Notes: generated by a model from the letters alone, not told the origin. DNA of 64,000 nucleotides from Pseudomonadota bacterium (GCA_049322835.1 JBMOQN010000035.1:125816-189815); one strand, 5' to 3'; counted from the stretch's first letter, positions 27,657-39,394 are shown. Numbers and translations are program-made.

Positions 27657-28694
27657 ATGCCCCGCCCTGCCAGCCCGCGCACCACGCCCGCCGCCCGCCA
27701 TGTGTCGGTGGTGGCCCTGCCCGAGGCCGGCATGGCCACGCTCGCCGGCATCTACGACGTGATGAACGCGCACGCGCTGATGGGCCTGCCCAACGCCACG
27801 CACCGCGCGCCCTTCCAGGTCGAGATCGTGGGCGAGGCCGAGGGCCCGCTGATGCTGGCCAGCGGCGTGGCGATGCCGGTGCAGCGCGCGATCGACACGC
27901 TGGAGTCGACCGACATCGTCATCGTCCCTTCCCTGCTGGTGCGCAGCGCCGGCTGGCAGGCCGGGCGCTACCCGCGCCTGGTGGCCTGGCTGCGGCGCAT
28001 GCACGAGCGCGGCGCGGTGCTGTGCTCGGCCTGCTCGGGCATCTTCCTGATGGCCGAGACGGGCCTGTTCGACGGCAAGGACGCCACCGTGCACTTCGCT
28101 TACGCGCGCCAGTTCGCTGCCGCTCACCCGGCCGTCACCATCCACCCCGAGCGGGTGCTGGTGATCGCCGGCCAGCGCGAGGAGCTGGTCAGCTCGGGCG
28201 CCTCGACCACCTGGCACGACATGGTGCTGTACCTGATCGCACGCTTCGCCGGCGCCACCGACGCGCAGGAGCTGGCGCGCCTGTTCGCGCTGCAGTGGCA
28301 CCAGGACGGCCTCGCACCCTACATGACCTTCGAGGGCAAGCTCGATCACGGCGACGCCGAGATCGAGGCGGCGCAGCGCTGGCTGGCCACCCACTTCTCG
28401 GTCGCCAGCCCGGTGGAAGAAATGATCAAGCGCTCGACGCTGGCCGAGCGCACCTTCAAGCGGCGCTTCACCGCGGCCACCGGCGTGGCGCCGATCGCCT
28501 ATGTCCAGCGGCTGCGCATCGAGGACGCCAAGCGCCGGCTGGAGCGCACCGACACCCCGGTCGACGAAATCGGCTGGCGCGTCGGCTACGAGGACGGTGC
28601 GTTCTTCCGCCGCCTGTTCAAGCGCACCACCGGCATGACGCCGGGCACCTACCGCAAGCGCTTCCGCATCCCCGAGTTCGCCCGGCCCTCATAG
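27657..28694 (+). CDS. GlxA family (DJ-1/PfpI plus AraC) transcriptional regulator
   Basis: CSACSG, ERTFKRRF, VGYEDGAFFRRLFKR. Confidence 0.92.
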   Translation: MPRPASPRTTPAARHVSVVALPEAGMATLAGIYDVMNAHALMGLPNATHRAPFQVEIVGEAEGPLMLASGVAMPVQRAIDTLESTDIVIVPSLLVRSAGWQAGRYPRLVAWLRRMHERGAVLCSACSGIFLMAETGLFDGKDATVHFAYARQFAAAHPAVTIHPERVLVIAGQREELVSSGASTTWHDMVLYLIARFAGATDAQELARLFALQWHQDGLAPYMTFEGKLDHGDAEIEAAQRWLATHFSVASPVEEMIKRSTLAERTFKRRFTAATGVAPIAYVQRLRIEDAKRRLERTDTPVDEIGWRVGYEDGAFFRRLFKRTTGMTPGTYRKRFRIPEFARPS

Positions 28695-28855
28695 ATGAGC
28701 CGCAGGCGGCCCTCGGGCCTGGCATGTGAACTAGGGGGGCTGCCTTGCAATGGTCAACCGGGTCGCCCGAGCATCGCGCCTCCTGATTCGATGCTGCAGT
28801 TCGCTTGGATCCGGAATCGTTCTCTCACCTTCCTTAACTTCGCGAGGATCAAGAC

Positions 28856-29512
28856 GTGAAAGAAGCATTCCCTCTCCTGAGTACCCTGTCGGCCCTGGTC
28901 GTCTTCAGCAGCGCGGCGCTCGCCGGCGCTGGCGCCACGCCCGACCGCACGTTCATCGACGCCCAGACGACGGCCCCGGTCACGGCGCGCCAGCTTCAGC
29001 TGCCGCTCGGCACGACGGAGATCTACAGCACCTTCAACACCGACCTCGACAACGCCTACGACTGCTGCGGGGGCTGGACGGTCTCGGCGGTGGGTTCGAT
29101 CCTTGGCTTCCGCCAGGACGTGGCGATGCCTTTCACGCCGGCCGCGGACGGCGAGGTGCGCGCGATCCATGCTGCGGTGGGCTGGGTCACCGGCACCAAC
29201 GGCGTGGCGATCAGCCTGAACGCCGATGCGGGTGGCATGCCCGGCGCGGCGATCAAGAAAGGCTCGGTCACCGGGCTGCCCACCTTCGGCACCTGCTGCG
29301 TCACCGCCTCCATCATCGGCGGCGCACCGGTGACGGCCGGCACGCAGTACTGGGTGGTGGTGCGCACCAACAAGCAGTCGGCCGACACCTGGGACGCCTG
29401 GAACTACAACAACATCGGCCTGGCCGGCACCTTCGCGTTCAACACCGGCACTGGCTGGCAGCTCTCGTCGTCATCGCTGAGCGCCTTCAACGTGGTGGGC
29501 CGGGCACCATGA
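28856..29512 (+). CDS. Secreted hypothetical protein
   Basis: Signal peptide ending ALA; beta-rich, two CC pairs, GTQYWVVV. Confidence 0.7.
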   Translation: MKEAFPLLSTLSALVVFSSAALAGAGATPDRTFIDAQTTAPVTARQLQLPLGTTEIYSTFNTDLDNAYDCCGGWTVSAVGSILGFRQDVAMPFTPAADGEVRAIHAAVGWVTGTNGVAISLNADAGGMPGAAIKKGSVTGLPTFGTCCVTASIIGGAPVTAGTQYWVVVRTNKQSADTWDAWNYNNIGLAGTFAFNTGTGWQLSSSSLSAFNVVGRAP

Positions 29513-29541
29513 TGGCGGCCTAAGCCTTGGGCTTGCGCACG

Positions 29542-29570
29542 AAGGGCGCCCGTCACCGGGCGCCCTTTTC
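29542..29570. terminator. Intrinsic terminator between convergent genes
   Basis: AAGGGCGCCCG-TCAC-CGGGCGCCCTT followed by TTC. Confidence 0.8.
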
Positions 29571-29585
29571 GTTTCCGGCGCCGGC

Positions 29586-30047
29586 TCAGCGCTTCGCTTC
29601 CACCGCCAGCATGCGGCCGTAGTCCTCACGGTATTGCCGGGCCAGCTGCGTCTTCTGCTTCGGCGTGAGCAGCTTGCCGGAGACCTGGAAGAACTTGGTC
29701 TCCTCTTCCTTCAGATGGTGCCGCACCTTGTGGGCCAGCTCGCTCGCCTTGGCGCCCCAGGCCTCGCCCGACGGGTCGAGCTTGTGCAGGTCTTCGACCA
29801 GCTCGTCCATGGCGTGGTGCTCGGACAGCGCGTGGCGCGCGCTGTTCAGCCCCATGTCGAACATCAGGATGGGCACGTAGAGGTAGCGCTCCTCGGCCGC
29901 CGCATGGGCCGCCAGCTCGATGCGCAGCTCGCGGAACAGGGCCTGGCGTTTTGCCGGGTTCTTCGCCTGGGTGCGCACCAGGCTGTTGCACAGCTGCCGT
30001 TGCCGGGTGTGGCTGGCGCGCAGTTCTTCGTAGATGCCGGTGGTCAT
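29586..30047 (-). CDS. Hemerythrin/HHE cation-binding domain protein
   Basis: H...HAAAEERYLY...EHH...HHLKEEE. Confidence 0.85.
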   Translation of the reverse strand: MTTGIYEELRASHTRQRQLCNSLVRTQAKNPAKRQALFRELRIELAAHAAAEERYLYVPILMFDMGLNSARHALSEHHAMDELVEDLHKLDPSGEAWGAKASELAHKVRHHLKEEETKFFQVSGKLLTPKQKTQLARQYREDYGRMLAVEAKR

Positions 30048-30075
30048 GCAGATCGCCCTCAGGTGGGAGGCCGGG

Positions 30076-31533
30076 TCAGTCCATCTGCCCCAGCTTCTCG
30101 TACAACGTGGCACGTGCTATGCCCAGCATGCGGGCGGCGGCCAGCTTGTTGCCCTTGGTGGCCTTGAGCGCCTCGCGGATGGCCTGGGCTTCCAGCTCGG
30201 CGACCGCATGGTGCAGCGGCTTCTTGCGTTCCGCGGTGGGCGATGGCACGCCCGACGTCGGCAAGTCGGCCAGCGCCTTCAGGTGCGCCGGCGCCAGCAC
30301 CAGCTCGTCGGACAGCAGGCAGGCCTGCTCCAGCACGTTGCGCAGCTCGCGGATGTTGCCCGGCCACGGCTGGGCGGCGAGCAGCTCCAGCGCGTCGGCG
30401 GTGAGGCTCTTGGGCGCAGCCAGGCCGGTGCGCAGGGCGATGTCGTCGAGCAGGTGGTCGGCCAGCGCGTCCAGGTCACCCAGGCGCTCGCGCAGCGGCG
30501 GCAGGCGGATGGGCAGCACAGCGAGCCGGTAGTAGAGGTCGGCACGGAACGCCCCTTCAGCCACCATCGTCGGCAGATCACGGCTGGTGGCCGCGATGAT
30601 GCGCACGTCGATGCGCTCGACCTGGTTGCTGCCGAGCGGCTCAACCTCCTGTTCCTGCAGCACGCGCAGCAACTTGGCCTGCAGCGGCAGCGGCATGTCG
30701 CCGATCTCGTCGAGGAACAGGGTGCCACCGTCCGCGAGCTTGAACTTGCCGGGCCGGCCCTTGCGGTCGGCGCCGGTGTAGGCGCCGGGGGCGACGCCGA
30801 AGAACTCCGCTTCGAGCAGGCTGTCCGGCACGGCGGCGATGTTCACGCCGATGAAGGGCGCCGCCGCTCGGTGGCCGCCGGCGTGGATGGCCTGGGCCAT
30901 CAGCTCCTTGCCGGTGCCCGTCTCGCCCAGCAGCAGCACGGTGGAATCGGTGCCCGCCACGCGGCGGGCCTGGCGCTTGACCTCCATCACCACCGGGCTG
31001 GCGCCGATGAAGCTGGCGATCGTGTACTTGGGCCGGCGCTGGGCGGCGAGCGCGCGCCGGGCTTCGTCCAGCTCTTTCTGCAGCCGGCTGAACTTGGCCA
31101 TCAGCGGCTGCATGGTGCTCTGGCTGTGGTCGGGCGACTCGTTGAGCCACACCATGCCGACGGCGCCCAGCACCTGGCCCGACTCGTCGCGCAGCGGCAG
31201 CCGGCTGACGAGGAAGGTGCCGGCCTTGTTGGTGAGCAGGTCCAGCACGATGGGCCGGCCCGACTCGATGACCTGGTTCATCAGGGTGTTGGGCACCACC
31301 TCCTCGACCGGGCGGCCGACGAAGTCCTGCTCGCGCTCGAAGCCAAGGGCGGGCAGGAAGTGCTTGTAGCCCTCGCTGATCCAGACGATGCGGTGCTGGC
31401 GATCCACCACCATCATGCCCAGCGCCGTCTGGGCAAAGATGTCGAACATCGACTGCGCAGCCAGGCGCAACACCTGGTCGGCGTCCTGCGGCAGGCTGGC
31501 GGTGGCGGCAGTTGGCGGCGTCTTGCGGGGCAT
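30076..31533 (-). CDS. PAS-domain sigma-54-dependent Fis-family activator
   Basis: GETGTGKE, GAYTGA, FLDEIGDM, WPGNIREL, C-terminal Fis HTH. Confidence 0.95.
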   Translation of the reverse strand: MPRKTPPTAATASLPQDADQVLRLAAQSMFDIFAQTALGMMVVDRQHRIVWISEGYKHFLPALGFEREQDFVGRPVEEVVPNTLMNQVIESGRPIVLDLLTNKAGTFLVSRLPLRDESGQVLGAVGMVWLNESPDHSQSTMQPLMAKFSRLQKELDEARRALAAQRRPKYTIASFIGASPVVMEVKRQARRVAGTDSTVLLLGETGTGKELMAQAIHAGGHRAAAPFIGVNIAAVPDSLLEAEFFGVAPGAYTGADRKGRPGKFKLADGGTLFLDEIGDMPLPLQAKLLRVLQEQEVEPLGSNQVERIDVRIIAATSRDLPTMVAEGAFRADLYYRLAVLPIRLPPLRERLGDLDALADHLLDDIALRTGLAAPKSLTADALELLAAQPWPGNIRELRNVLEQACLLSDELVLAPAHLKALADLPTSGVPSPTAERKKPLHHAVAELEAQAIREALKATKGNKLAAARMLGIARATLYEKLGQMD

Positions 31534-31733
31534 CGGGGAAGGCTGGGTGAGCCGATCGCTCAGCCGCGGAATTTAGCGCGACGCGCGCCTGCCGAGCCGC
31601 GCGCATTCCCGGGGCCGCCAGCCATCGCGGCGGGCTGCCATTCATCCACGCCCGTCGGGCCTTCGCCCGATGGCGTGGCCGAGGGCACCGGCGGCTGCCC
31701 ACAATCCCGGCACCCCAGCCCACGAGGAGAGAA

Positions 31734-32414
31734 ATGATGAACATGCTCAAAGCCTGGATCCGCGACAACCGAGGCTTCCTGCTGTTCCTCCTGTGCTTCG
31801 GCTTCCTGCGCACGGCGGTGGCCGACTACAACCCCATCCCCAGCGGCTCGATGCGCCCGACGCTTCTCGAAGGCGATGTGGTGCTCGTCAATCGCCTGGC
31901 CTTCGATGCCAAGGTCCCGCTCACCGACCTGTCGCTGGCGCGGCTGGGCGAGCCGCAGCGCGGCGACGTGGTCACCTTCAGCTCGCCGAAGGGCGGCACG
32001 CGCCTGATCAAGCGCATCGTCGGCGTGCCGGGCGACGAGGTGGCCATGCGCGACGGGGCGCTGGTGATCAACGGCGAGACCGCGCGCTACAGCGGGGTGA
32101 CGCCGGCCAACGAGCCCCTGGCCCCGGGCATCGCCGTGCAGGCCTTGCGCGCCACCGAGCAGGTGGCTGGCAGCACCCGCACCGTGCAGTACCTGCCGCT
32201 GGTGGATGCGGCCCGCCACTTCGACACTGTCACCCTGGGCGCCGACGAATATTTCATGCTCGGCGACAACCGCGACAACAGCGAAGACTCTCGGTTCATC
32301 GGCCCGGTGCCCCGCCACCTGCTGATCGGCCGTGCCCACCACGTGCTGGTCTCGGCCGACATCACCGGCCACTGGCGACCGCGCTTCGAGCGCACGGTTG
32401 CACCGATCCGCTGA
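31734..32414 (+). CDS. lepB: Signal peptidase I (accessory paralogue)
   Basis: IPSGSMRPTL, IKRIVGVPGD, GDNRDNSEDSR. Confidence 0.88.
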   Translation: MMNMLKAWIRDNRGFLLFLLCFGFLRTAVADYNPIPSGSMRPTLLEGDVVLVNRLAFDAKVPLTDLSLARLGEPQRGDVVTFSSPKGGTRLIKRIVGVPGDEVAMRDGALVINGETARYSGVTPANEPLAPGIAVQALRATEQVAGSTRTVQYLPLVDAARHFDTVTLGADEYFMLGDNRDNSEDSRFIGPVPRHLLIGRAHHVLVSADITGHWRPRFERTVAPIR

Positions 32415-32452
32415 GCCGCAGTACCCTCGCCGCCCCAAGGAGCGCAAGGCAC

Positions 32453-32878
32453 ATGAGCGAGAGAAGCGCCGCATCCGTCGGCTACTCGGGAACCCCGTTG
32501 GCCCGCAAGCTGGGCCTGAAGGAGGCCATGGCCGTGCACGTGGCGCAGGAGCCAGCGGGCTACCGCGACTGGCTGGCACCGCTGCCGGCCGGCCTGCGCT
32601 GGTTGCCCCGGTTGTCGGCCGAAGCGGCGCTGGTCCACCTCTTCACGGACGAGCGGCACGTGCTGGGCAAGACGCTGCAGCGCTGTCGAGAGCGGCTGGG
32701 CAGCGAGGCCGTGGTCTGGGTCTCGTGGCCGAAGAAGAGCGCCAAGGTGCCGACCGACATCACCGAAGACACCATCCGGGAAGTGGCGCTGCCGCTGGGC
32801 TACGTGGACGTGAAGGTCTGTGCGGTCAGCGACATCTGGTCAGGGCTCAAGCTCGTGGTGCGCAAGGAGTTGCGCTGA
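32453..32878 (+). CDS. DUF3052 family protein
   Basis: GYSGTPLARKLGLK, WVSWPKKS, VDVKVCAV...WSGLKLV. Confidence 0.85.
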   Translation: MSERSAASVGYSGTPLARKLGLKEAMAVHVAQEPAGYRDWLAPLPAGLRWLPRLSAEAALVHLFTDERHVLGKTLQRCRERLGSEAVVWVSWPKKSAKVPTDITEDTIREVALPLGYVDVKVCAVSDIWSGLKLVVRKELR

Positions 32879-33041
32879 GGCAAGCGTGATGCTGCGGGTG
32901 CACGACAGCGGGTGCGACTTTTTTCACGCTTTCCCAGGCTCAGGCAGGGGGTTGCGCGAGGGCGTGGCCAGGCATCTAATCTTGAGACGGGCGGGCGCGG
33001 CGCGCCTGTCCAACACATCCCAAAAAGGGGAGACCCCGCAG

Positions 33042-33668
33042 ATGAAGCAAGTCGTTCGGGCGGCCTTTGTGGCCGTGGCCCTTCTCACCGGGCTGACGGC
33101 CCAGGCCGCGCTGGTCAAGTTCCGCGTCACCGGCCTGGTGACAGAGAGCTGGACCTTCGATGACGGCACCACCGTGCCGGCCGAGACCCCGGTCGTGATC
33201 AGCTACACCTACGAGACGAGGCAGACGTCGACCTCGCTCGACCGCCGCGAAGATGGCTCGGGGTACGCGGTGTACGACATCATGTCGCCGTACCACTTCA
33301 AGCTGCGCGTGGGCCACCACCGCGTGCGCGCAGCGGCAGGCTACCGTGCCACGCTGACCAACGACCTGAACGCGCCCTTCGGCGACACCTTCGAGCTGGA
33401 GACGCTCGGTGGCGCCTATGTCGACGGCACCCTGCTGGCCGGGGGCAAGCTGACGCTGTCCCTCCTGAGCAACCCCGGCAGCACCGGCGCGCTGCATTCG
33501 CTGCGCCTGCCCAAGCATCTGAAAGAGTGGTCCTTCGACGCCTTCCGCGTGGGCCACCTCTGGCGCGACTCCAACCAGCCGCTGCTGAGTTTCGCCATCA
33601 CCGGCGTGAAGTCCAGCGTCTGCGCCGAGGCGATCCCCGGCACCGACGAGTGCGCCACGGACGACTGA
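33042..33668 (+). CDS. Secreted hypothetical protein
   Basis: RBS GGGGAG; signal peptide ending AQA; beta-rich. Confidence 0.7.
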   Translation: MKQVVRAAFVAVALLTGLTAQAALVKFRVTGLVTESWTFDDGTTVPAETPVVISYTYETRQTSTSLDRREDGSGYAVYDIMSPYHFKLRVGHHRVRAAAGYRATLTNDLNAPFGDTFELETLGGAYVDGTLLAGGKLTLSLLSNPGSTGALHSLRLPKHLKEWSFDAFRVGHLWRDSNQPLLSFAITGVKSSVCAEAIPGTDECATDD

Positions 33669-33786
33669 CGCGCCTGCGCCGCTCGGGCCGTCCGGCGCCC
33701 AAAGCGCCCAGGCCCGTTTGACCGCCCCGGTTGCCCGCGCCGGGGTTTTCCCTTGCTGAAAACCCGCCGACGCGGCTTGTGATTCC

Positions 33787-33802
33787 GTAATTACAACATT
33801 AC
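33787..33802. promoter_or_regulatory. Candidate GntR operator
   Basis: AT-rich GTAATTACAACATTAC containing the GTAATTAC palindrome, immediately before the GntR start. Confidence 0.35.
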
Positions 33803-33811
33803 GATCCCGGC

Positions 33812-34540
33812 ATGAGCCCGAGCGCCCTTGTCGCGGTCGATTCGCCTGTACGTGGCACCTCGTTGCATGACGAGGTGGCCATTCGCCTGCGATCGATGCT
33901 GTTCGAGCGGCAACTGGCGCCCGGCGAATGGATCGACGAGAAAGCGCTGGCCGCCAACTGGCAGATCAGCCGCACCCCGTTGCGCGAAGCATTGAAGGTG
34001 CTGGCCGCCGAGGGCTTGGTCGAGCTCGTGCCTCAGCGCGGCTGTCGCGTCGTCGAGCTGAGCGACGATGATGCCGATCAGCTCTTCCCGGTGATGGCCC
34101 TGCTGGAAGGCCGCTGCGCCCACGAGGCCACCCGCAACGCCACGCCGGCCGACCTGGGGCTGCTGCGCCACCTGCATGACGAGTTGGAGCGCCACGCCGC
34201 TGCGGGCGACCGCGACGGCTACTACCGCGCCAACCATGAGTTCCACACGCTGGTGCAGCGACTGGCCCGCAACCGCTGGCTGGACCGCGCCACCGGCGAC
34301 CTGCGCCAGTTCCTGCGGCTGATGCGCGGGCGGCAGCTGAAGCTGCCCGGCCGGATCGCCGATTCGATCAACGAGCACCGGGTGCTGATCGCCGCCATGC
34401 TGGCGGGCGACGCCGCGCGCGCAGAGCGCAGCATGCACGACCACCTGATGGCTCAGTTGGCCGCGCTCAAGGCGCTGCGCGTGCTGGAGCGCGGGCAGGC
34501 CCCGCACAACGACGAGGAAGGACACGCCGATGCTGGTTGA
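33812..34540 (+). CDS. GntR/FCD regulator (malonate operon, MatR-like)
   Basis: ISRTPLREALKVL; FCD His motifs; context. Confidence 0.9.
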   Translation: MSPSALVAVDSPVRGTSLHDEVAIRLRSMLFERQLAPGEWIDEKALAANWQISRTPLREALKVLAAEGLVELVPQRGCRVVELSDDDADQLFPVMALLEGRCAHEATRNATPADLGLLRHLHDELERHAAAGDRDGYYRANHEFHTLVQRLARNRWLDRATGDLRQFLRLMRGRQLKLPGRIADSINEHRVLIAAMLAGDAARAERSMHDHLMAQLAALKALRVLERGQAPHNDEEGHADAG

Positions 34541-35867
34541 CACCCTGCGCCAGGCCGCACGCCGCATCGTGCCCGACCTGGACCTGCGCGCGCTCAGCGC
34601 GGACTGCGCCCGCCTGCTCTCGCAGCGCGGCGAGGCCAGCAGCACCCAGATCGCGCGCCAGATCGTCGAGCGGCTGCACGAGCTGCTCGGCGAGCCCGGC
34701 CGCAAGGACACCGCCCGCGCCGCGCTGCTGGACCGCTTCTTCGCTCACCTGGCCGACGACTACAGCCCCGAGCCGGCGGCCGTGCTCGCGAGCGCCCAGG
34801 CCTATGCCGCCAAGCCCGACGCCGCGCACCTGATCGCGCTGATCGAGCGCGCCGAGCCCCCGCGGCAGGAGCTGTTCCGCCGCATCAACCGCGCCCCGGG
34901 GGGCACGGCGGCGCTGATCCGCCTGCGGCTGGCGCTGCTGGAGCGGCTGCCCAGGCGGCCCGAGTGGCGTGCGGTCGAGGCCGACCTGCTGCACCTGCTG
35001 TCGAGCTGGTTCAACCCCGGCTTCCTCGAAATGCGCCAGGTCAGCTGGCGCTCGCCCGCACAGCTGCTGGAGCAGATCATCCGCCACGAAGCGGTCCACG
35101 AGATCGACGGCTGGGACGACCTGCGCCGACGCCTGCTGCCCGACCGTCGCTGCTTCGCCTTCTTCCATCCGCAGCTGCCGGAAGAACCGTTGATCTTCGT
35201 GGAGGTGGCGCTGGTGCCGGAGATGACCGCGGCGATCGGCCCGCTAATCGACAAGAAGGCATCGCCGCTGCCGCCGGACCAGTTCAAGGTCGCTGTCTTT
35301 TACAGCATCAGCAACTGCCAGCCGGGGCTGCGCGGCGTGTCGCTGGGCAACTTCCTGATCAAGCGGGTGGCGGAAGAACTCAAGGCCGAGCTGCCCCAAC
35401 TGAAGGCCTTCTGCACGCTGTCGCCCATCCCGGGCTTCATGGCCTGGCTGCAGGGCTTCGGCGACGGCACGCTGCCGAGGCTCAAGCCCGCCCAGCGCGA
35501 GCCCGCAGTGCAGGCCCATGCGGCGCTGGCGAAGGCCTGCGGCGGCGACCTGGGCCGGTTGGCCCTGGCCGGCACCCACGCAGGCCTGCCCAAGCCTGCG
35601 CAGGCCGCGCTGATGCAGCTCGCGGCCACGTACCTGGTCCATCAGTCGCCGCAGCCCGGCGGCGACCCGGTCGCCCGCTTTCACCTCGACAACGGTGCCC
35701 GGCTGGAGCGCATCAACCCCCAGGCCAACCTCTCCGCCAAGGGCCTGAAGCAGTCGGCCGGGCTGATGGTCAACTACCTTTACGACCTGGCGCGCATCGA
35801 CGCCTGCCATGACCGCTTCGTGCACGGCAGCGTCGTGCATTCACGCGCCGTCGGCCAGCTGCTTTGA
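34530..35867 (+). CDS. matA: Malonyl-CoA decarboxylase
   Basis: HEAVHEI, FYSISNCQPGLRGVSLGNFLIK, TLSPIPGF, DPVARFHLDNGA. Confidence 0.93.
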   Translation: MLVDTLRQAARRIVPDLDLRALSADCARLLSQRGEASSTQIARQIVERLHELLGEPGRKDTARAALLDRFFAHLADDYSPEPAAVLASAQAYAAKPDAAHLIALIERAEPPRQELFRRINRAPGGTAALIRLRLALLERLPRRPEWRAVEADLLHLLSSWFNPGFLEMRQVSWRSPAQLLEQIIRHEAVHEIDGWDDLRRRLLPDRRCFAFFHPQLPEEPLIFVEVALVPEMTAAIGPLIDKKASPLPPDQFKVAVFYSISNCQPGLRGVSLGNFLIKRVAEELKAELPQLKAFCTLSPIPGFMAWLQGFGDGTLPRLKPAQREPAVQAHAALAKACGGDLGRLALAGTHAGLPKPAQAALMQLAATYLVHQSPQPGGDPVARFHLDNGARLERINPQANLSAKGLKQSAGLMVNYLYDLARIDACHDRFVHGSVVHSRAVGQLL

Positions 35868-35919
35868 GCGCCGCGGCGCGAGAGACACTCCCCCTGGTCA
35901 CAACGATGGAGACGACACG

Positions 35920-36909
35920 ATGACCCCGTTCCCCACCCGCCGCCTTGCCTTGGCCGCGCTGGCCACCCTCGGCGCCAGCGCCGGCAACGCCGCCTTCGCA
36001 CAGGCCGGCGGCTGGCCGTCCAAACCGGTCACCATCGTCGTGCCATTCCCCGCCGGCGGGGGCACCGATGCCTTCGCACGCCCCCTGTTCGCCGCGATGA
36101 CCAAGCAGACCGGCAAGCAGTTCATCATCGACAACAAGGGCGGTGCCGGCGGCACCGTGGGCGCCACCCTCGCCTCCAAGGCGGCGCCCGACGGCTACAC
36201 CTTCTTCATGGGTGCGGTGCACCACGCGATCGCGCCGTCGATGTACCCGAGGCTCGAATACAACCTCGAGACCGACTTCGTGCCGGTGGGCCTGATTTCC
36301 AGCGTGCCGCAGGTGATCGTGGTCAACCCGCAGCGCGTGCCGGCCACGGACCTGCCGAGCCTGCTCAAGTTCGTCCGCGCCAACCCGGGCAAGCTGAACT
36401 ACGGCTCGGCCGGCAACGGCACCTCGCACCACCTCGCGGGTGAGCTCTTCAAGCTGCAGACCAAGACCTTCATCACCCACATCCCCTACCGCGGTGCCGG
36501 CCCTGCCCTGCAGGACCTGGTCGCCGGCCAGGTCGACCTGATGTTCGACGGCCTGGGCTCCTCGGCCGTGCACATCAAGAGCGGCCGCATCAAGGCCATG
36601 GCCGTGGCGGCGGACAAGCGCGCCCCGGGCTTCCCCGACGTGCCCACCAGCATCGAAGGCGGCGTGCCGACCTACCAGGTCGCCACCTGGTACGGCCTGT
36701 GGGCGCCCAAAGGCACGCCGAAGGACGCCATCGCGGCCATGCAGGCCGAGATGAAGAAGGCCTTCGGCAGCGACGAGATCAAGTCGGCCTGGAACGGCCT
36801 GGGCACCAACGTGCCCAGCCTGTGGGGCGACGACTTCGGCAAGTTCGTCTCGTCGGAAACGAAGCGCTGGGCCGAGGTCGTGAAGTCCTCGGGCGCCAAG
36901 CTGGACTAG
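35920..36909 (+). CDS. Tripartite tricarboxylate transporter substrate-binding protein (Bug/TctC)
   Basis: VPFPAGGGTD, APDGYT, HIPYRGAGPA. Confidence 0.93.
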   Translation: MTPFPTRRLALAALATLGASAGNAAFAQAGGWPSKPVTIVVPFPAGGGTDAFARPLFAAMTKQTGKQFIIDNKGGAGGTVGATLASKAAPDGYTFFMGAVHHAIAPSMYPRLEYNLETDFVPVGLISSVPQVIVVNPQRVPATDLPSLLKFVRANPGKLNYGSAGNGTSHHLAGELFKLQTKTFITHIPYRGAGPALQDLVAGQVDLMFDGLGSSAVHIKSGRIKAMAVAADKRAPGFPDVPTSIEGGVPTYQVATWYGLWAPKGTPKDAIAAMQAEMKKAFGSDEIKSAWNGLGTNVPSLWGDDFGKFVSSETKRWAEVVKSSGAKLD

Positions 36910-36967
36910 CAGTGTCGACCCCAGGTCCACTGCGTCGGGGACATGGCATCTCCGCCGGGGCGTGAAG

Positions 36968-37753
36968 ATGGCCGGCCACGTCCACCTCCACCCGGCAGAT
37001 GCCGACGGCATTGCCCGGCTGCAGTTCTCGCACCCGGGCAAGCTCAATGCGCTGTCGGTGCAGATGTGGCGCGACCTGCGCGCGCTGCTCGACGGCCTGA
37101 ACGCGCTGCACCCCGACGCCGGCCCACGCGTGGTGATCGTGCAGGGCGAGGGCGGCAGCTTCGTCGCTGGGGCGGACATCGAGGAGTTCCCCGACTTCCG
37201 CTTCGACGCCGACACGCTGGCCCACTACCACGAAGAGGTGGTGGCGCCAGCGCTGAACGCGCTGCTCGACTGCGATCGGCCGCTGGTGGCGCAGATCGAG
37301 GGCGCCTGCGTGGGCGGCGGGCTGGAGATCGCCGCCTGCTGCGACCTGCGCATCTGCGGGGAGTCCAGCCGCTTCGGGGTGCCGATCGCGAAGCTCGGCT
37401 TCCCGATGGCGCCGCTGGAGGTGGAGATCGTGGCCCGCGTGATCGGCGAGACCTGCCTGCGCGAGCTGCTGCTCGATGCGCGTGTGCTCAACGCGGCCGA
37501 AGCCCGCGAGCGCGGCCTGGTGACGCGCGTCGTGGCTGACGACGCGGTGGCCGACGATGCGCGTGCCACCGCCGAGCGCCTCGCCGGCCTGTCACCCCAG
37601 GCGCTGCGCTTGAACAAGCGCGCGCTGCGCCAGTTCGCCCGCTCGCTCGGCTCCAGCCGCGACGAGCGCACACCGCACTACGCCTATGCCCCCTCGGCCG
37701 AGCACCGCGAAGGCCTGGCCGCATTCAACGAGAAGCGCCCGGCGCGTTTCTGA
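36968..37753 (+). CDS. Enoyl-CoA hydratase/isomerase family protein
   Basis: FVAGADIEEF, CVGGGLEIA, EGLAAFNEKRP. Confidence 0.9.
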   Translation: MAGHVHLHPADADGIARLQFSHPGKLNALSVQMWRDLRALLDGLNALHPDAGPRVVIVQGEGGSFVAGADIEEFPDFRFDADTLAHYHEEVVAPALNALLDCDRPLVAQIEGACVGGGLEIAACCDLRICGESSRFGVPIAKLGFPMAPLEVEIVARVIGETCLRELLLDARVLNAAEARERGLVTRVVADDAVADDARATAERLAGLSPQALRLNKRALRQFARSLGSSRDERTPHYAYAPSAEHREGLAAFNEKRPARF

Positions 37754-37794
37754 CGCCGACACCTGACGCCCCTGAGCCCCAAGAGACGAACCGC

Positions 37795-39351
<1,557 letters not shown>

Positions 39352-39363
39352 CGATACTTGACA

Positions 39364-39394
39364 ATCTCACCCCCTAGAACCGAGGGGGTGAGAT
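39364..39394. terminator. 12-bp perfect inverted repeat after matB (terminator or operator)
   Basis: ATCTCACCCCCT-N7-AGGGGGTGAGAT; no T-tail. Confidence 0.5.

Noticed and set aside
33743-33765. Inverted repeat GGGTTTTC-N7-GAAAACCC before the malonate operon
   Set aside because: Could be an operator or a weak terminator; no independent support for either.
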